Shown piece after piece: positions 18,944 to 28,668 of a stretch of 64,000 bases of DNA (the first letter of the stretch is position 1; each line of letters begins with the position of its first letter). The stretch covers positions 243 through 64,242 of the forward strand of contig JAPLLX010000007.1 in the NCBI GenBank assembly GCA_026387335.1, given 5' to 3'. This DNA is from Candidatus Omnitrophota bacterium. GTDB taxonomy: Bacteria > Omnitrophota > Gorgyraeia > Gygaellales > Profunditerraquicolaceae. The translations under genes were made by a program, and so were the position numbers. The notes below the pieces were generated by a model that saw only the letters and a program-made list of their open reading frames with translations, was not told the origin of the DNA and did no database searches.

Positions 18944-20338
18944 ATGCCTATTTATATATATAATTCCCTAACCCGAAAAAAAGAAGAATTCATCCCTTTA
19001 AGCCCTCAAGAAATCCGGATGTATGTTTGCGGGCCTACGGTTTATGATGAGCCGCACATAGGCCATGCCCGCAGCGCCTACATCTTTGATGTCATCAGGC
19101 GCTACCTCACCTATAAAGGATACAAGGTAAAATTTGTCCGTAATATTACCGATGTGGACGATAAAATCATTAATAAGGCTAAGGAAGAATTCCCGGGCGA
19201 AGATTTAAATTCCAGCTTTAAGAAAGTAGCGCAAAAATACCTTAACTCTTATCACGAAGCCCTAAAAAGTTTAGGTATAGAGGCAAGCGGGATCATTGAA
19301 CCTAAAGCCAGCGAATATATTCCTAAAATGCTCTCCTTTATCCAGAAGTTAATTGATAGAGGAGCTGCCTATGTTGCGGACGGGGATGTCTATTTTGATA
19401 TTACGAAAGCCAAGAATTACGGGAAGTTATCCAACCAGTCATTAGCTAAAATGGAGTCGGGTGCCAGGGTTGTGGTGACGGAGAATAAACATAATCCTTT
19501 GGATTTTGCTCTCTGGAAGTCGGCTAAGGAAAATGAGCCGTCTTGGATGAGTCCCTGGGGAAAGGGCAGGCCCGGTTGGCATATTGAATGTTCCGTAATG
19601 AGCTCGGATATTTTAGGTAATGAATTTGATATCCACGGAGGAGGAATAGACCTGATTTTCCCGCACCATGAAAATGAAATCGCTCAATCCGAAGCCGCCG
19701 GAGAAAAATTCGCTAAATACTGGATGCATCACGGCCTACTTACCATCAACGGTCAAAAAATGTCCAAGTCCCTGGGAAATTTTGTAACGGTAAATAGTTT
19801 TCTGGAGAAATATAAAAACGCCGACTTATTAAAATTGTTATTTTTAGCTACTCATTATTCTCACCCCGTTGATTATACCGATGATAAAATTCAGGAAGCC
19901 AAGCAGGCGTTAGAGAGAATTGTTATCTTACTGGAAAAGACAGACGACAAGAAACCTTGTTCTAAGGCGAAAGATACCGGCTTAGCCGCTCTAAAAAATA
20001 AATTTATGGAAGCAATGGATGATGATTTTAATTCCCCGCAGGCGTTAGCTTCTATCTTTGAATTAGCCAACGCTATGAATAAAAATATCAATGATTCTGT
20101 TTTTATATGCGAGGCTAAGGCTTTGTTGTTGGAATTGAGCGGAATATTAGGTTTGCAATGGGATAAAACAAGCGATAAAGATATATCAAAGGAAGAGCAG
20201 TCCTTAATCAATAAGCGTAATGAAGCTAAGAAGCAGCGCAATTTCGCTGAAGCTGATAAGATAAGAAAAGAATTAGAAGAAAAAGGTATTATCTTAGAGG
20301 ATACTAAAGACGGCACAACTTGGCGTCGTAAGTTATAG
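18944..20338 (+). CDS. cysS: Cysteine--tRNA ligase
   Basis: HIGHARS (HIGH) and KMSKS motifs. CGPTVYD N-terminus. Confidence 0.95.
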   Translation: MPIYIYNSLTRKKEEFIPLSPQEIRMYVCGPTVYDEPHIGHARSAYIFDVIRRYLTYKGYKVKFVRNITDVDDKIINKAKEEFPGEDLNSSFKKVAQKYLNSYHEALKSLGIEASGIIEPKASEYIPKMLSFIQKLIDRGAAYVADGDVYFDITKAKNYGKLSNQSLAKMESGARVVVTENKHNPLDFALWKSAKENEPSWMSPWGKGRPGWHIECSVMSSDILGNEFDIHGGGIDLIFPHHENEIAQSEAAGEKFAKYWMHHGLLTINGQKMSKSLGNFVTVNSFLEKYKNADLLKLLFLATHYSHPVDYTDDKIQEAKQALERIVILLEKTDDKKPCSKAKDTGLAALKNKFMEAMDDDFNSPQALASIFELANAMNKNINDSVFICEAKALLLELSGILGLQWDKTSDKDISKEEQSLINKRNEAKKQRNFAEADKIRKELEEKGIILEDTKDGTTWRRKL

Positions 20339-20343
20339 TTTAT

Positions 20344-20430
20344 AGCGTATGGCTTGGCTTGTTTCTAAGCAGGGCATGTGAAGTCCAGTAGGCAAGTGTC
20401 CCTGCGGGAAACAAGACAAGGCCAGACGCT
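20344..20430 (+). repeat. Long imperfect extended hairpin in the cysS-tmk spacer (possible terminator, REP-like element or structured RNA)
   Basis: Outer arms at 20344-20365 and 20408-20430 pair over ~20 bp with a few mismatches and one bulge. Inner GCAGGG/CCCTGC stem. GC-richer than its surroundings. Confidence 0.45.
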
Positions 20431-20446
20431 AAGGATATAAGATACC

Positions 20447-21061
20447 ATGAGGGGTAAATTCATTACATTTGAAGGTTCGGAAGGCTGCGGCAAGAGCACG
20501 CAGTCGCGTATGCTTTATGATTATCTTAAGGCCAAAGGCAAGCGCGTCATTTATCTACGCGAGCCGGGCGCAACCAAAATAAGCGAGAAGATCCGGGATA
20601 TTTTGCTGGATGCCAAAAATCAGGCGATAATCCCAGAATGTGAAATGCTCCTTTATATGGCTGCCCGGGCGCAAATCGTAGGCGAAGTAATCTTGCCCGC
20701 GCTTAAAGACGGTAAAGTTGTTATCTGCGACAGGTTTCTGGATTCAACCCTGGCTTATCAGGGCTATGGCTTAGGTATGGATATTGATTTAATCAAGAAA
20801 GTCGGGAAATTTACCACTCGCGGCATAACCCCGGATCTAACTTTGTTTTTAGACCTGGCGGTCAAACGCGGGCTTAAGCACCGGCAAGCCAATCTGGATC
20901 GTATTGAGATGCGCTCGGTTAATTATCATTTACGCGTGCGCAAGGGGTATTTAAAATTAGCCAGGCAGGAGCCGGAAAGAATTAAAGTCGTTAAAGTAGA
21001 GAAAGATAAATTCCAAACTCAATCCAAGATAAGAGAGTTGGCTGAAGATTATGTCTTTTAG
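20447..21061 (+). CDS. tmk: Thymidylate kinase
   Basis: FITFEGSEGCGKST P-loop, DRF..S..AYQG motif. Confidence 0.95.
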   Translation: MRGKFITFEGSEGCGKSTQSRMLYDYLKAKGKRVIYLREPGATKISEKIRDILLDAKNQAIIPECEMLLYMAARAQIVGEVILPALKDGKVVICDRFLDSTLAYQGYGLGMDIDLIKKVGKFTTRGITPDLTLFLDLAVKRGLKHRQANLDRIEMRSVNYHLRVRKGYLKLARQEPERIKVVKVEKDKFQTQSKIRELAEDYVF

Positions 21062-21956
21062 CGCGATAAAAGGGCAGGATAAGCCGATAGGGATGCTTAA
21101 AACTTATATCGAGAATTCCTGCCTTGAGGGCGGGTATTTATTTGCCGGGCCTGAAGGGATAGGTAAGAAAATGACAGCCCTGGCTTTGGCCGAAGAACTA
21201 GTCGGAAGCAGCCAGCATCCGGATGTGCATGTGATTTCCAATGAAGATACGCAGATAAAGATAGATGTAATCCGCCAGCTGCAAAAAGATATAAACTTAA
21301 AAGCCTATGCAGGCCCTTATAAGGTTTTTATTATTGATAATGCCCATACCTTAACGCCTGAAGCGTCAAATTCTTTATTAAAGATATTGGAAGAGCCGCC
21401 TAAAAAAAGCCTGATTATCCTCATTAGCGACAAACCGAATCTGCTTTTTAAAACGGTTATCTCGCGCTGCAAGATTTTAAAATTCTTACCTCTTAAGAGA
21501 ACGGTGTTAGAGGATATTTTAAGAAAAGATTATAAATTAGATAACGCTTTAGCGCATTTCCTGGCATATTTCTCCGAAGGCAGGCTGGGGGGAGCGTTAA
21601 AATCAATGGACGAGGATATAATTAACAAAAAGAACAGCCTTATTGATAAATTTGTTCTAGCCGCTCGTCCGGCCCTGGATAGTTTCGCCGGGCAAAGCCG
21701 GCCGGAAGTGCGTAATGGTTTAAATTTACTGGTTACCTGGTTTCGGGATATTTATTTACTTAAGTCAGGCATGCCACTGGATGAGGCTATAAATTACGAC
21801 CGGGGGACAGAATTAACACAAGGCGCCCGCCGCCTTTCATTTTCGGATTTAGATATGATATTCGGGAATATAACAGCCGCGATAGCGTATCTAGAGATGA
21901 ATGTAAATACGAGATTATTAATATATAATCTGGGGATGGAGTTATGGAAGGTTTAA
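21051..21956 (+). CDS. holB: DNA polymerase III delta-prime subunit
   Basis: AAA+-like GPEGIGK, IIDNAH..T.EA.N.LLK.LEEPP, SRC motif. Conserved tmk-holB-yaaT order. Confidence 0.85.
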   Translation: MSFSAIKGQDKPIGMLKTYIENSCLEGGYLFAGPEGIGKKMTALALAEELVGSSQHPDVHVISNEDTQIKIDVIRQLQKDINLKAYAGPYKVFIIDNAHTLTPEASNSLLKILEEPPKKSLIILISDKPNLLFKTVISRCKILKFLPLKRTVLEDILRKDYKLDNALAHFLAYFSEGRLGGALKSMDEDIINKKNSLIDKFVLAARPALDSFAGQSRPEVRNGLNLLVTWFRDIYLLKSGMPLDEAINYDRGTELTQGARRLSFSDLDMIFGNITAAIAYLEMNVNTRLLIYNLGMELWKV

Positions 21957-22786
21957 TTTTTGTGCGCTTAAGGGATTCCGGCCAGGTCTATGCCTATAAT
22001 GCTTTAGGGTTTGCGGTTAAAGAGGGGGATTATGTAATAGTGGAGCATGACCGCGGCCAGGATTACGGCCAGGTAGTGCCGTCCTGCGATGCCAGTCATT
22101 GTAAAGTTAAGGATTCAGCTCCACAAGCAGCCGCGGGAAGCGCTGAAGCAGCTAAAGAGCAGCCTAAGAAAATATTACGCCTAGCCAGAGAAGCGGATAT
22201 AAAGCAGATCGAGGATAATCGGGTAAAAGCAAAAGAGGTGTTTAATTCTTGCGTTAAAAAAATAGAAGAGCATAAATTGGATATGAAACTGGTCCAGGCC
22301 GAGTATTCTTTTGACCGTTCAAAGATCGTATTTTATTTTACAGCTAACGGCAGAGTGGATTTCAGGAATTTAGTAAAGGACCTGGCCAAGATCTTTAAAG
22401 CCAGGATCGAATTGAGGCAGATAGGTGTGCGCGACGAAGCCCGGCTTTTCGGCGGATTTGGCCCCTGCGGAAGAGAGCTCTGCTGCGCGCGGTTCTTAAA
22501 AGATTTTGAACCGGTCACTATTAAGATGGCCAAGGAAGAGGGGCTTCCGTTAAATCCTCCCAAGATTTCAGGTATTTGCGGAAGGCTTATGTGCTGCCTT
22601 TCTTTTGAATATGAAAGTTATAAATTGCTCTCTAAGGGCCTTCCCCGCGAAGGAGAGCATGTGAATACCGCCCAGGGTAAAGGTAAGATCATGAGTGTAA
22701 ATGTATTTAAGCGTTCCGCTTCAGTGCAACTGGAAGACGGGACCTGGATAACGGTAAGTTATAGGGAAAAAGAGTATGGGAAATAA
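21944..22786 (+). CDS. PSP1 domain protein (YaaT/RicT-like)
   Basis: PSP1 C-terminal signature with a Cys cluster (GPCGRELCCARFL, GICGRLMCCLSFE). Confidence 0.85.
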   Translation: MEGLIFVRLRDSGQVYAYNALGFAVKEGDYVIVEHDRGQDYGQVVPSCDASHCKVKDSAPQAAAGSAEAAKEQPKKILRLAREADIKQIEDNRVKAKEVFNSCVKKIEEHKLDMKLVQAEYSFDRSKIVFYFTANGRVDFRNLVKDLAKIFKARIELRQIGVRDEARLFGGFGPCGRELCCARFLKDFEPVTIKMAKEEGLPLNPPKISGICGRLMCCLSFEYESYKLLSKGLPREGEHVNTAQGKGKIMSVNVFKRSASVQLEDGTWITVSYREKEYGK

Positions 22787-24278
22787 GTTTTATATAACTA
22801 CTCCTCTTTACTACGTAAACGCCTCTCCGCATATCGGCCACTCCTATACTACGATTGCCGCCGATACTCTCAGCCGCTATTTGCGTAAAGTAATAGGAGA
22901 GGATAAGGTTTGGTTTCTTACCGGTACTGATGAACACGGCCAGAAGATCCAGCGCGCCGCGGATGAAGCGAAACTAAACCCGCAGGATTTTGCGGATAAG
23001 ACGAGCTTGCAGTTTAAAAGCCTCTGGAAGGCGTTGGATATTTCCTATAACGATTTCATCCGTACTACTGAAGAGCGGCACATTAAAACCGTGCAAAAAG
23101 TTTTAGCTATCCTCTATAAGAAGGGGGATATTTATGAAGGAAAATACGTTGGCTTGTATTGCACACCCTGTGAAACCTTCTGGCTGGAATCGCAAGCTAT
23201 AGGGGGAGTATGTCCTGATTGTAAAAGGCCGGTAGATAAAATTACTGAGACAAATTATTTCTTTAAATTAACCAAATACCAGGACTGGCTGGTTAAATAT
23301 ATCGAGGCTCCGGCGAATAGTAAATTTATTTTACCGGCAATGAGACATAATGAAGTCTTAAGTTTCCTAAAATTAAATAAGTTGACCGACCTGTGTATCT
23401 CCCGGCCCAAGGAAAGATTAAACTGGGGTATCCCTTTGCCGTTTGCTCCCAGTCACGTTACTTATGTCTGGTTTGACGCGTTGATAAATTATATCAGCGC
23501 GGTCGGAGAGTTTGACGCTAAAGATAAGTATCATTCCAAATGGTGGCCGGCTGACCTGCATTTAATCGGTAAGGATATTTTAAGGCAACATGCGGTATAT
23601 TGGCCGATAATCCTGCAGGCTTTAGGGATAGAGCAGCCTAAGACAATATTCGCCCACGGCTGGTGGATGATCAATCAGGATAAGATGTCTAAATCCAAAG
23701 GCAACGTAATCAATCCGGTTGATATGGTAAATAAATTTGGCCTGGACGTTTACCGGTATTTTATATTACGCGATGTGCCTTTTGGTCTGGATGGAAATTT
23801 TTCGCCAGACGCGATTATTAAAAGATTTAATGGCGATTTAGCGAATGATTTAGGAAATTTAGTTTATCGCACGCTTACGATGGTTGAGAAATATTACGCG
23901 GGGAATATCCCTCCTTTGGATATCTACGGTCTTAAACTTAATGAGCGCGAGGAATTGATCAAGAAGTCTATCCAGGGCCTGCAGCAGGCAGTTTATGCGC
24001 CATTAAGTTCTGATTTTGATTTTAGTTTGGCCCTTGAGAAAATTTGGGAATTGATAAATATGGCGAATAAATACGTTGAAGAGACCAAGCCCTGGAATTT
24101 AGCAAAAGAAAAGAAGGACGCGGAGCTTAAAATATTTATCCGTCTCTTAGTGGAAGTAATCAGAAAAGTCAGCGTTGAGCTCGGCGCGTTTATGCCGCAG
24201 ACAGCCGCTTTGATCAATGAGCAGATCGGTAATGATTCAATCAAGAAAGGCGCTCCGTTATTCCCCCGCATATGTTAG
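22776..24278 (+). CDS. metG: Methionine--tRNA ligase (short form with zinc knuckle)
   Basis: PHIGHSYT (HIGH), KMSKSKGN (KMSKS), CxxC...CPDC knuckle. Confidence 0.95.
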   Translation: MGNKFYITTPLYYVNASPHIGHSYTTIAADTLSRYLRKVIGEDKVWFLTGTDEHGQKIQRAADEAKLNPQDFADKTSLQFKSLWKALDISYNDFIRTTEERHIKTVQKVLAILYKKGDIYEGKYVGLYCTPCETFWLESQAIGGVCPDCKRPVDKITETNYFFKLTKYQDWLVKYIEAPANSKFILPAMRHNEVLSFLKLNKLTDLCISRPKERLNWGIPLPFAPSHVTYVWFDALINYISAVGEFDAKDKYHSKWWPADLHLIGKDILRQHAVYWPIILQALGIEQPKTIFAHGWWMINQDKMSKSKGNVINPVDMVNKFGLDVYRYFILRDVPFGLDGNFSPDAIIKRFNGDLANDLGNLVYRTLTMVEKYYAGNIPPLDIYGLKLNEREELIKKSIQGLQQAVYAPLSSDFDFSLALEKIWELINMANKYVEETKPWNLAKEKKDAELKIFIRLLVEVIRKVSVELGAFMPQTAALINEQIGNDSIKKGAPLFPRIC

Positions 24279-25030
24279 TTGAAACGCATTGCCATTTAGA
24301 CTTTCCGGAATTTGACCACGATAGAGATGAAGTCATTCAGCGCGCCAAAGACCAGGGTATTGATTATATCGTCAATATCGGCTCAAGCCTGAAGGGTTCT
24401 CTGGCCTCCGTAGAATTATCCCGGAAATATGAATCCATATACGCTACAGTGGGTATCCATCCTCACGAAGCAGACACATTTGATCTAGAAACGGGAGAAA
24501 CTATTAAAGGTCTGGCTAAAAATAAAAAAGTTGTCGCTATAGGAGAAATAGGCCTGGATTATTTCAAGCGCTATTCTAAGAAGGAAAACCAGCTCCCGTT
24601 ATTTCTTGCCCAGTTAAATTTGGCAAAAGAACTAAATCTTCCGTTGGTTATACATACCAGGGATGCTCAAGCTGACACCTTAAAGATTTTAAAAGAAGCA
24701 ATGCCGGTAAGGGCGGTAGTGCATTGTTTCTCGGGTGATAACCTTTTTTTAAAAGAATGCCTGGACTTAGGTTTTCTAATTTCATTTACCTGCAATATTA
24801 CTTATAAAAAAGCGCAAGATTTAAGGGAAATAGTTAAATTTACCCCCCTTGATAGATTGATGCTTGAGACAGACGCGCCTTATTTGTCGCCGGAAGGTTT
24901 CCGGGGAAAAAGAAATGAACCTGCTCAGATAAGGTTGTTAGCTGAAGCTGTCGCGGCTCTTAAGGGTTTAAAATTAGATGAAGTAGAACGCGCTACTACA
25001 GAAAACGCCCGGAGGTTCTTTAGTTTTTAA
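24272..25030 (+). CDS. tatD: TatD family metal-dependent hydrolase
   Basis: VETHCHLD N-terminus, IGEIGLDY, HCFSG, ETDAPYL motifs. Confidence 0.9.
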   Translation: MLVETHCHLDFPEFDHDRDEVIQRAKDQGIDYIVNIGSSLKGSLASVELSRKYESIYATVGIHPHEADTFDLETGETIKGLAKNKKVVAIGEIGLDYFKRYSKKENQLPLFLAQLNLAKELNLPLVIHTRDAQADTLKILKEAMPVRAVVHCFSGDNLFLKECLDLGFLISFTCNITYKKAQDLREIVKFTPLDRLMLETDAPYLSPEGFRGKRNEPAQIRLLAEAVAALKGLKLDEVERATTENARRFFSF

Positions 25031-26152
25031 ATGAGCTCACAGGTAAGCATTATAAAATGCGCTAGTTACAACCCGGTATTGGTGGAAGTAGCGTTAAGGA
25101 AAGCTATAAATGCAATCGGCGGGATAACCCATTACGTTAAATCGCAGTCAAAAGTATTGGTTAAGCCCAATTTGCTTATGGCGAAGCCGCCGGAGTGCGG
25201 GATTGATACGCATCCGGAGGTGCTGCGGGCGGTGATCAGGGTTTTAAAAGATATTAATTGCCATATCTTTGTCGGAGACTCTCCCAGCGTCTGGGGGAAT
25301 GAAATCGAGAACGTGGATGAGGTTTACCGCAGGTCAGGCATTACGGATGTTTGTGGGCAAGAAAAAGTGGAGCTGGTTAAGTTTGATAAGAGGCGTATGC
25401 GGGCCAAGTTCCCTTTAACTACCTGGCTTGACCATTGCGATTATTTAATCAGTATACCGAAGTTTAAGACTCACGAGCTTACACTATTAACCGGCGCCAT
25501 TAAAAACCTGTTTGGTTTGGTCTCGGGGACTTTTAAGACAGAGCTGCACAAAAATTATTTTCAGCTAGAAGATTTTTCCAGGATTTTAGTGGATATTTAC
25601 GCCGAGGCTAAGCCGGCCCTGACTATTGTAGATGGTATTGTGGCCATGGAAGGCGATGGCCCGGCAACCAGCGGAAAATTGCGGGACTTAGGGATTCTCT
25701 TAGTGGGAGATGACTGTGTGGCGCTAGATAGTATTATGGCTAAGATAATGGGAGTTGAGCCTTTGGATGTATTAAGCACTAAAGAAGCAGCCAGAAGGGG
25801 CTTGGGAGTAGCCGATATAAATGATATAAAGATCTGTGGAGAAACACTCAAGGGTTTAAATACCCGGCCGTTTCTGCTTCCTTGCGCGTCGCGCTTACAA
25901 AGGAGAATCCCTCAGCCGATAATCAAGCTGGCTAAATTATTAATTAAATATTATCCTCATCCTGTGCCTAAGAATTGCACCAGGTGCACAGCTTGTATTA
26001 AGATCTGTCCGGGTAATTGTATAAGTATGGCTAAGCAAGGGATTGTTTTTAATTATAGGAAATGTATCTCCTGTTTTTGTTGCCAGGAGGCCTGTCCGGC
26101 TAAAGCCATTAGAGTGAAGAAGAGCTTATTTGCCAAAATCATCGGCCTTTAA
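25031..26152 (+). CDS. DUF362 domain protein with C-terminal 2x[4Fe-4S] ferredoxin domain
   Basis: DUF362-like core (VLVKPNL, KTHELT, DGIVAMEGDGP) and two Cys clusters (CTRCTACIKICP; CISCFCCQEACP). Confidence 0.75.
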   Translation: MSSQVSIIKCASYNPVLVEVALRKAINAIGGITHYVKSQSKVLVKPNLLMAKPPECGIDTHPEVLRAVIRVLKDINCHIFVGDSPSVWGNEIENVDEVYRRSGITDVCGQEKVELVKFDKRRMRAKFPLTTWLDHCDYLISIPKFKTHELTLLTGAIKNLFGLVSGTFKTELHKNYFQLEDFSRILVDIYAEAKPALTIVDGIVAMEGDGPATSGKLRDLGILLVGDDCVALDSIMAKIMGVEPLDVLSTKEAARRGLGVADINDIKICGETLKGLNTRPFLLPCASRLQRRIPQPIIKLAKLLIKYYPHPVPKNCTRCTACIKICPGNCISMAKQGIVFNYRKCISCFCCQEACPAKAIRVKKSLFAKIIGL

Positions 26153-26159
26153 TTAAAAT

Positions 26160-26234
26160 AGGGACGGTTCTCAACTCAAAGCAAAAGTGTCCCCTAGATG
26201 GGGACAGTTTAAGATTGGCTTGAGAACCGTCCCT
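26160..26234 (+). repeat. Nested palindromic element sharing the GGGACGGTTCT arm (probable terminator or structured repeat)
   Basis: Outer arms AGGGACGGTTCTCAA (26160-26174) and TTGAGAACCGTCCCT (26220-26234) are exact complements. Inner stem TGTCCCC/GGGGACA at 26188-26206. Confidence 0.7.
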
Positions 26235-26244
26235 GGAGAAAACT

Positions 26245-27285
26245 ATGAAAATAATTACTATCGAATGGAGAAATAATAAAATCAAGCTGATTGACCAGAC
26301 TAAGCTTCCGCATAAGCTGGAATACCTATATATAGATAAGTTAGAAGATTTGTGGCAGGCGATCAAACAGTTAAAAGTCCGTGGCGCCCCCGCGTTAGGG
26401 GCGGCAGCCGCGTTAGGGATGTATCTGGGGATCAAGGATGCAAAAGCAAAAGATTTTAAGCTTTTTACTAAAGAGCTGGAGAGGGTCAGCCGTTATATTG
26501 GCAGTTCCCGCCCGACGGCCAGAAATCTTTTTTGGGGGATAGAAAGAGTACGCCGGGTGTTAAAGGTAAACAAAAACAAAAGTGTGCCTACGCTTAAAAG
26601 ACTTATACTGGAAGAAGCTCATAAAGTTATTGCCAGCGATATGGCCAGCTGCCGAAAGATCGCTCAATACGCAAGTAATTTAATCAAAGATAATGACACA
26701 GTGTTAACTATTTGTAACGCCGGGATCCTGGCTACAATTGATTATGGCACAGCCTTAGGCGTGCTTTACCGGGCTAAGGAAGAAGGGAAAAGAATAAAAG
26801 TTTTTGCCTGCGAGACCCGGCCGCTTCTTCAGGGTTCCCGGCTTACTGCCTGGGAGCTTAAGCAGCGCGGTATTGATGTAACTGTAATCTGCGATAATAT
26901 GGCGGCTACGCTTATGCGCCAGGGTAAAATTAATAAAGTAATTACCGGAGCTGACCGGATTGCCGCCAACGGGGATACCGCCAATAAAATCGGCACCTTT
27001 AATCTGGCAGTCTTAAGCAAGTACCATAACATTCCTTTTTATATTGCCGCTCCCGTATCCACCTTTGATTTAAATACGCAATCCGGCGCTGGTATACCGG
27101 TTGAAGAACGCGGAGCCCGTGAGGTGAGGGAGTTATTATTTAAGAAAATAGTCGCGCCCAAGGGGATTAAGGTATTTAACCCGGCGTTTGACATAACGCC
27201 GCATAATTTAATCAGCGCGATCATTACGGATAAGGGAGTTATCCGGCAGCCGTCCAGAAAGAAGATTAAAAAGATATTAGGTTAG
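26245..27285 (+). CDS. mtnA: S-methyl-5-thioribose-1-phosphate isomerase (eIF-2B family)
   Basis: IDQTKLP, VRGAPALG, CETRPLLQG..LTAWEL, GADRIAANGDTANKIGT motifs. Confidence 0.9.
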   Translation: MKIITIEWRNNKIKLIDQTKLPHKLEYLYIDKLEDLWQAIKQLKVRGAPALGAAAALGMYLGIKDAKAKDFKLFTKELERVSRYIGSSRPTARNLFWGIERVRRVLKVNKNKSVPTLKRLILEEAHKVIASDMASCRKIAQYASNLIKDNDTVLTICNAGILATIDYGTALGVLYRAKEEGKRIKVFACETRPLLQGSRLTAWELKQRGIDVTVICDNMAATLMRQGKINKVITGADRIAANGDTANKIGTFNLAVLSKYHNIPFYIAAPVSTFDLNTQSGAGIPVEERGAREVRELLFKKIVAPKGIKVFNPAFDITPHNLISAIITDKGVIRQPSRKKIKKILG

Positions 27286-27301
27286 TATTGGGGGAGAATA
27301 A

Positions 27302-28198
27302 ATGCAGGCAAAAGATATAGGCGAATTCAGGCTCATTCAGAGGTTTAAGCGGGAAATCCGGGTAGATTCCTCGGTAATTACAGGAAGCGGCGATGACTGC
27401 GCTGTTTTGAAGTTGGATAAACAAAACTACCAGCTTTTAACCTGCGATATGCTTATTGAAGGGGTGGATTTTACCCTTAAAGATAACCCTTATCTTATCG
27501 GAAGAAAAGCTATCGCGGTCTCGCTTAGCGATATAGCTGCCTGTTCCGGCCAGCCCCGTTATTGCGTTATTTCTTTGGGGCTACCCGGGAATACAGCTAT
27601 AAAGTTTATAGATAAACTTTTTCAAGGTATGTTAGATATTTCTAGGAAGTATAAAGTAAATATTGTAGGCGGTGATTTAAGTCGCAGTAAAAAAATTATT
27701 ATTGATGTAAGTATGCTCGGGCAGGTAGAGAAGAAGCGCCTTACCTTAAGGAGTAAGGCTTTACAGGGAGACATAATTTTTGTCAGCGGGCCCCTCGGAG
27801 GGTCTATTTTGGGCAAGCATCTTAAGTTTACGCCGCGCCTGAATGAAGCCAGGTTCTTGAGCCGCAATTTTAAGATTAACGCCATGATTGACATATCCGA
27901 CGGATTAGCCCAGGATTTGGGCCATATTTTAAATCAGAGTAATTGCGGAGCCGTAATATACGAGGATTTGATCCCTTTAAGCAAGGAAGCGGATGGTTTA
28001 TCCGCTGCCTTAAATGGGGGAGAGGATTTTGAGCTGCTCTTTACTCTCTCCAGGAAAGAAGCCGGGAAACTCTTAAAAGTGAAGCGTCCTCACTTTAGGC
28101 CTATCGGGGAAATAATGGCTAAAGATTACGGTTTTAAATTAATAGATAAGCAAAAAAGAGCGCTAAATGTCCGGCCAAAAGGATTCCAACATTTCTAA
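27302..28198 (+). CDS. thiL: Thiamine-monophosphate kinase
   Basis: GEF..I, GDDCAV, VGGDLS, DISDGL motifs of the AIR-synthase-related ThiL family. Confidence 0.9.
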   Translation: MQAKDIGEFRLIQRFKREIRVDSSVITGSGDDCAVLKLDKQNYQLLTCDMLIEGVDFTLKDNPYLIGRKAIAVSLSDIAACSGQPRYCVISLGLPGNTAIKFIDKLFQGMLDISRKYKVNIVGGDLSRSKKIIIDVSMLGQVEKKRLTLRSKALQGDIIFVSGPLGGSILGKHLKFTPRLNEARFLSRNFKINAMIDISDGLAQDLGHILNQSNCGAVIYEDLIPLSKEADGLSAALNGGEDFELLFTLSRKEAGKLLKVKRPHFRPIGEIMAKDYGFKLIDKQKRALNVRPKGFQHF

Positions 28199-28668
28199 TG
28201 AAGATAATCTCTAATTCCGTTAAAGAGACTTTAAATTTGGGAGCGCTTTTAGCTAGGCATCTTCAGGCAGGGGATATAATCTGTTTACAGGGAGATTTGG
28301 GAACAGGTAAAACTACCTTAACCAAAGGAATTGCCGAAGGGCTGGGCGTAAGTCGAGCCGAAGTCACCAGCTCTTCGTTTATACTTATCCGTCAGCATTT
28401 AGAAGGCAGAGTCCCGTTATTTCATTTCGACCTTTACCGCCTTAAAGAAGCGTGTAATATAGCTGTTTTAGGTTACGAGGAGTATTTTTACGGTGAGGGG
28501 GTATCAGTGATTGAATGGGCCGAGAATTTAAAATACCTTATGCCTAAAGAGCGGCTTATGGTAGAATTATCATATCATGCGGGGAACAAGAGGGCGTTTA
28601 ATTTCGCTGCGATAGGCGCTCGTTATAAAGAATTGCTTGGGAGGCTACGTGAAGATACTGGCCATTGA
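28198..28668 (+). CDS. tsaE: tRNA t6A37 biosynthesis ATPase TsaE
   Basis: GDLGTGKTTLTKG P-loop, HFDLYRL motif. Adjacent to tsaB. Confidence 0.9.
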   Translation: MKIISNSVKETLNLGALLARHLQAGDIICLQGDLGTGKTTLTKGIAEGLGVSRAEVTSSSFILIRQHLEGRVPLFHFDLYRLKEACNIAVLGYEEYFYGEGVSVIEWAENLKYLMPKERLMVELSYHAGNKRAFNFAAIGARYKELLGRLREDTGH

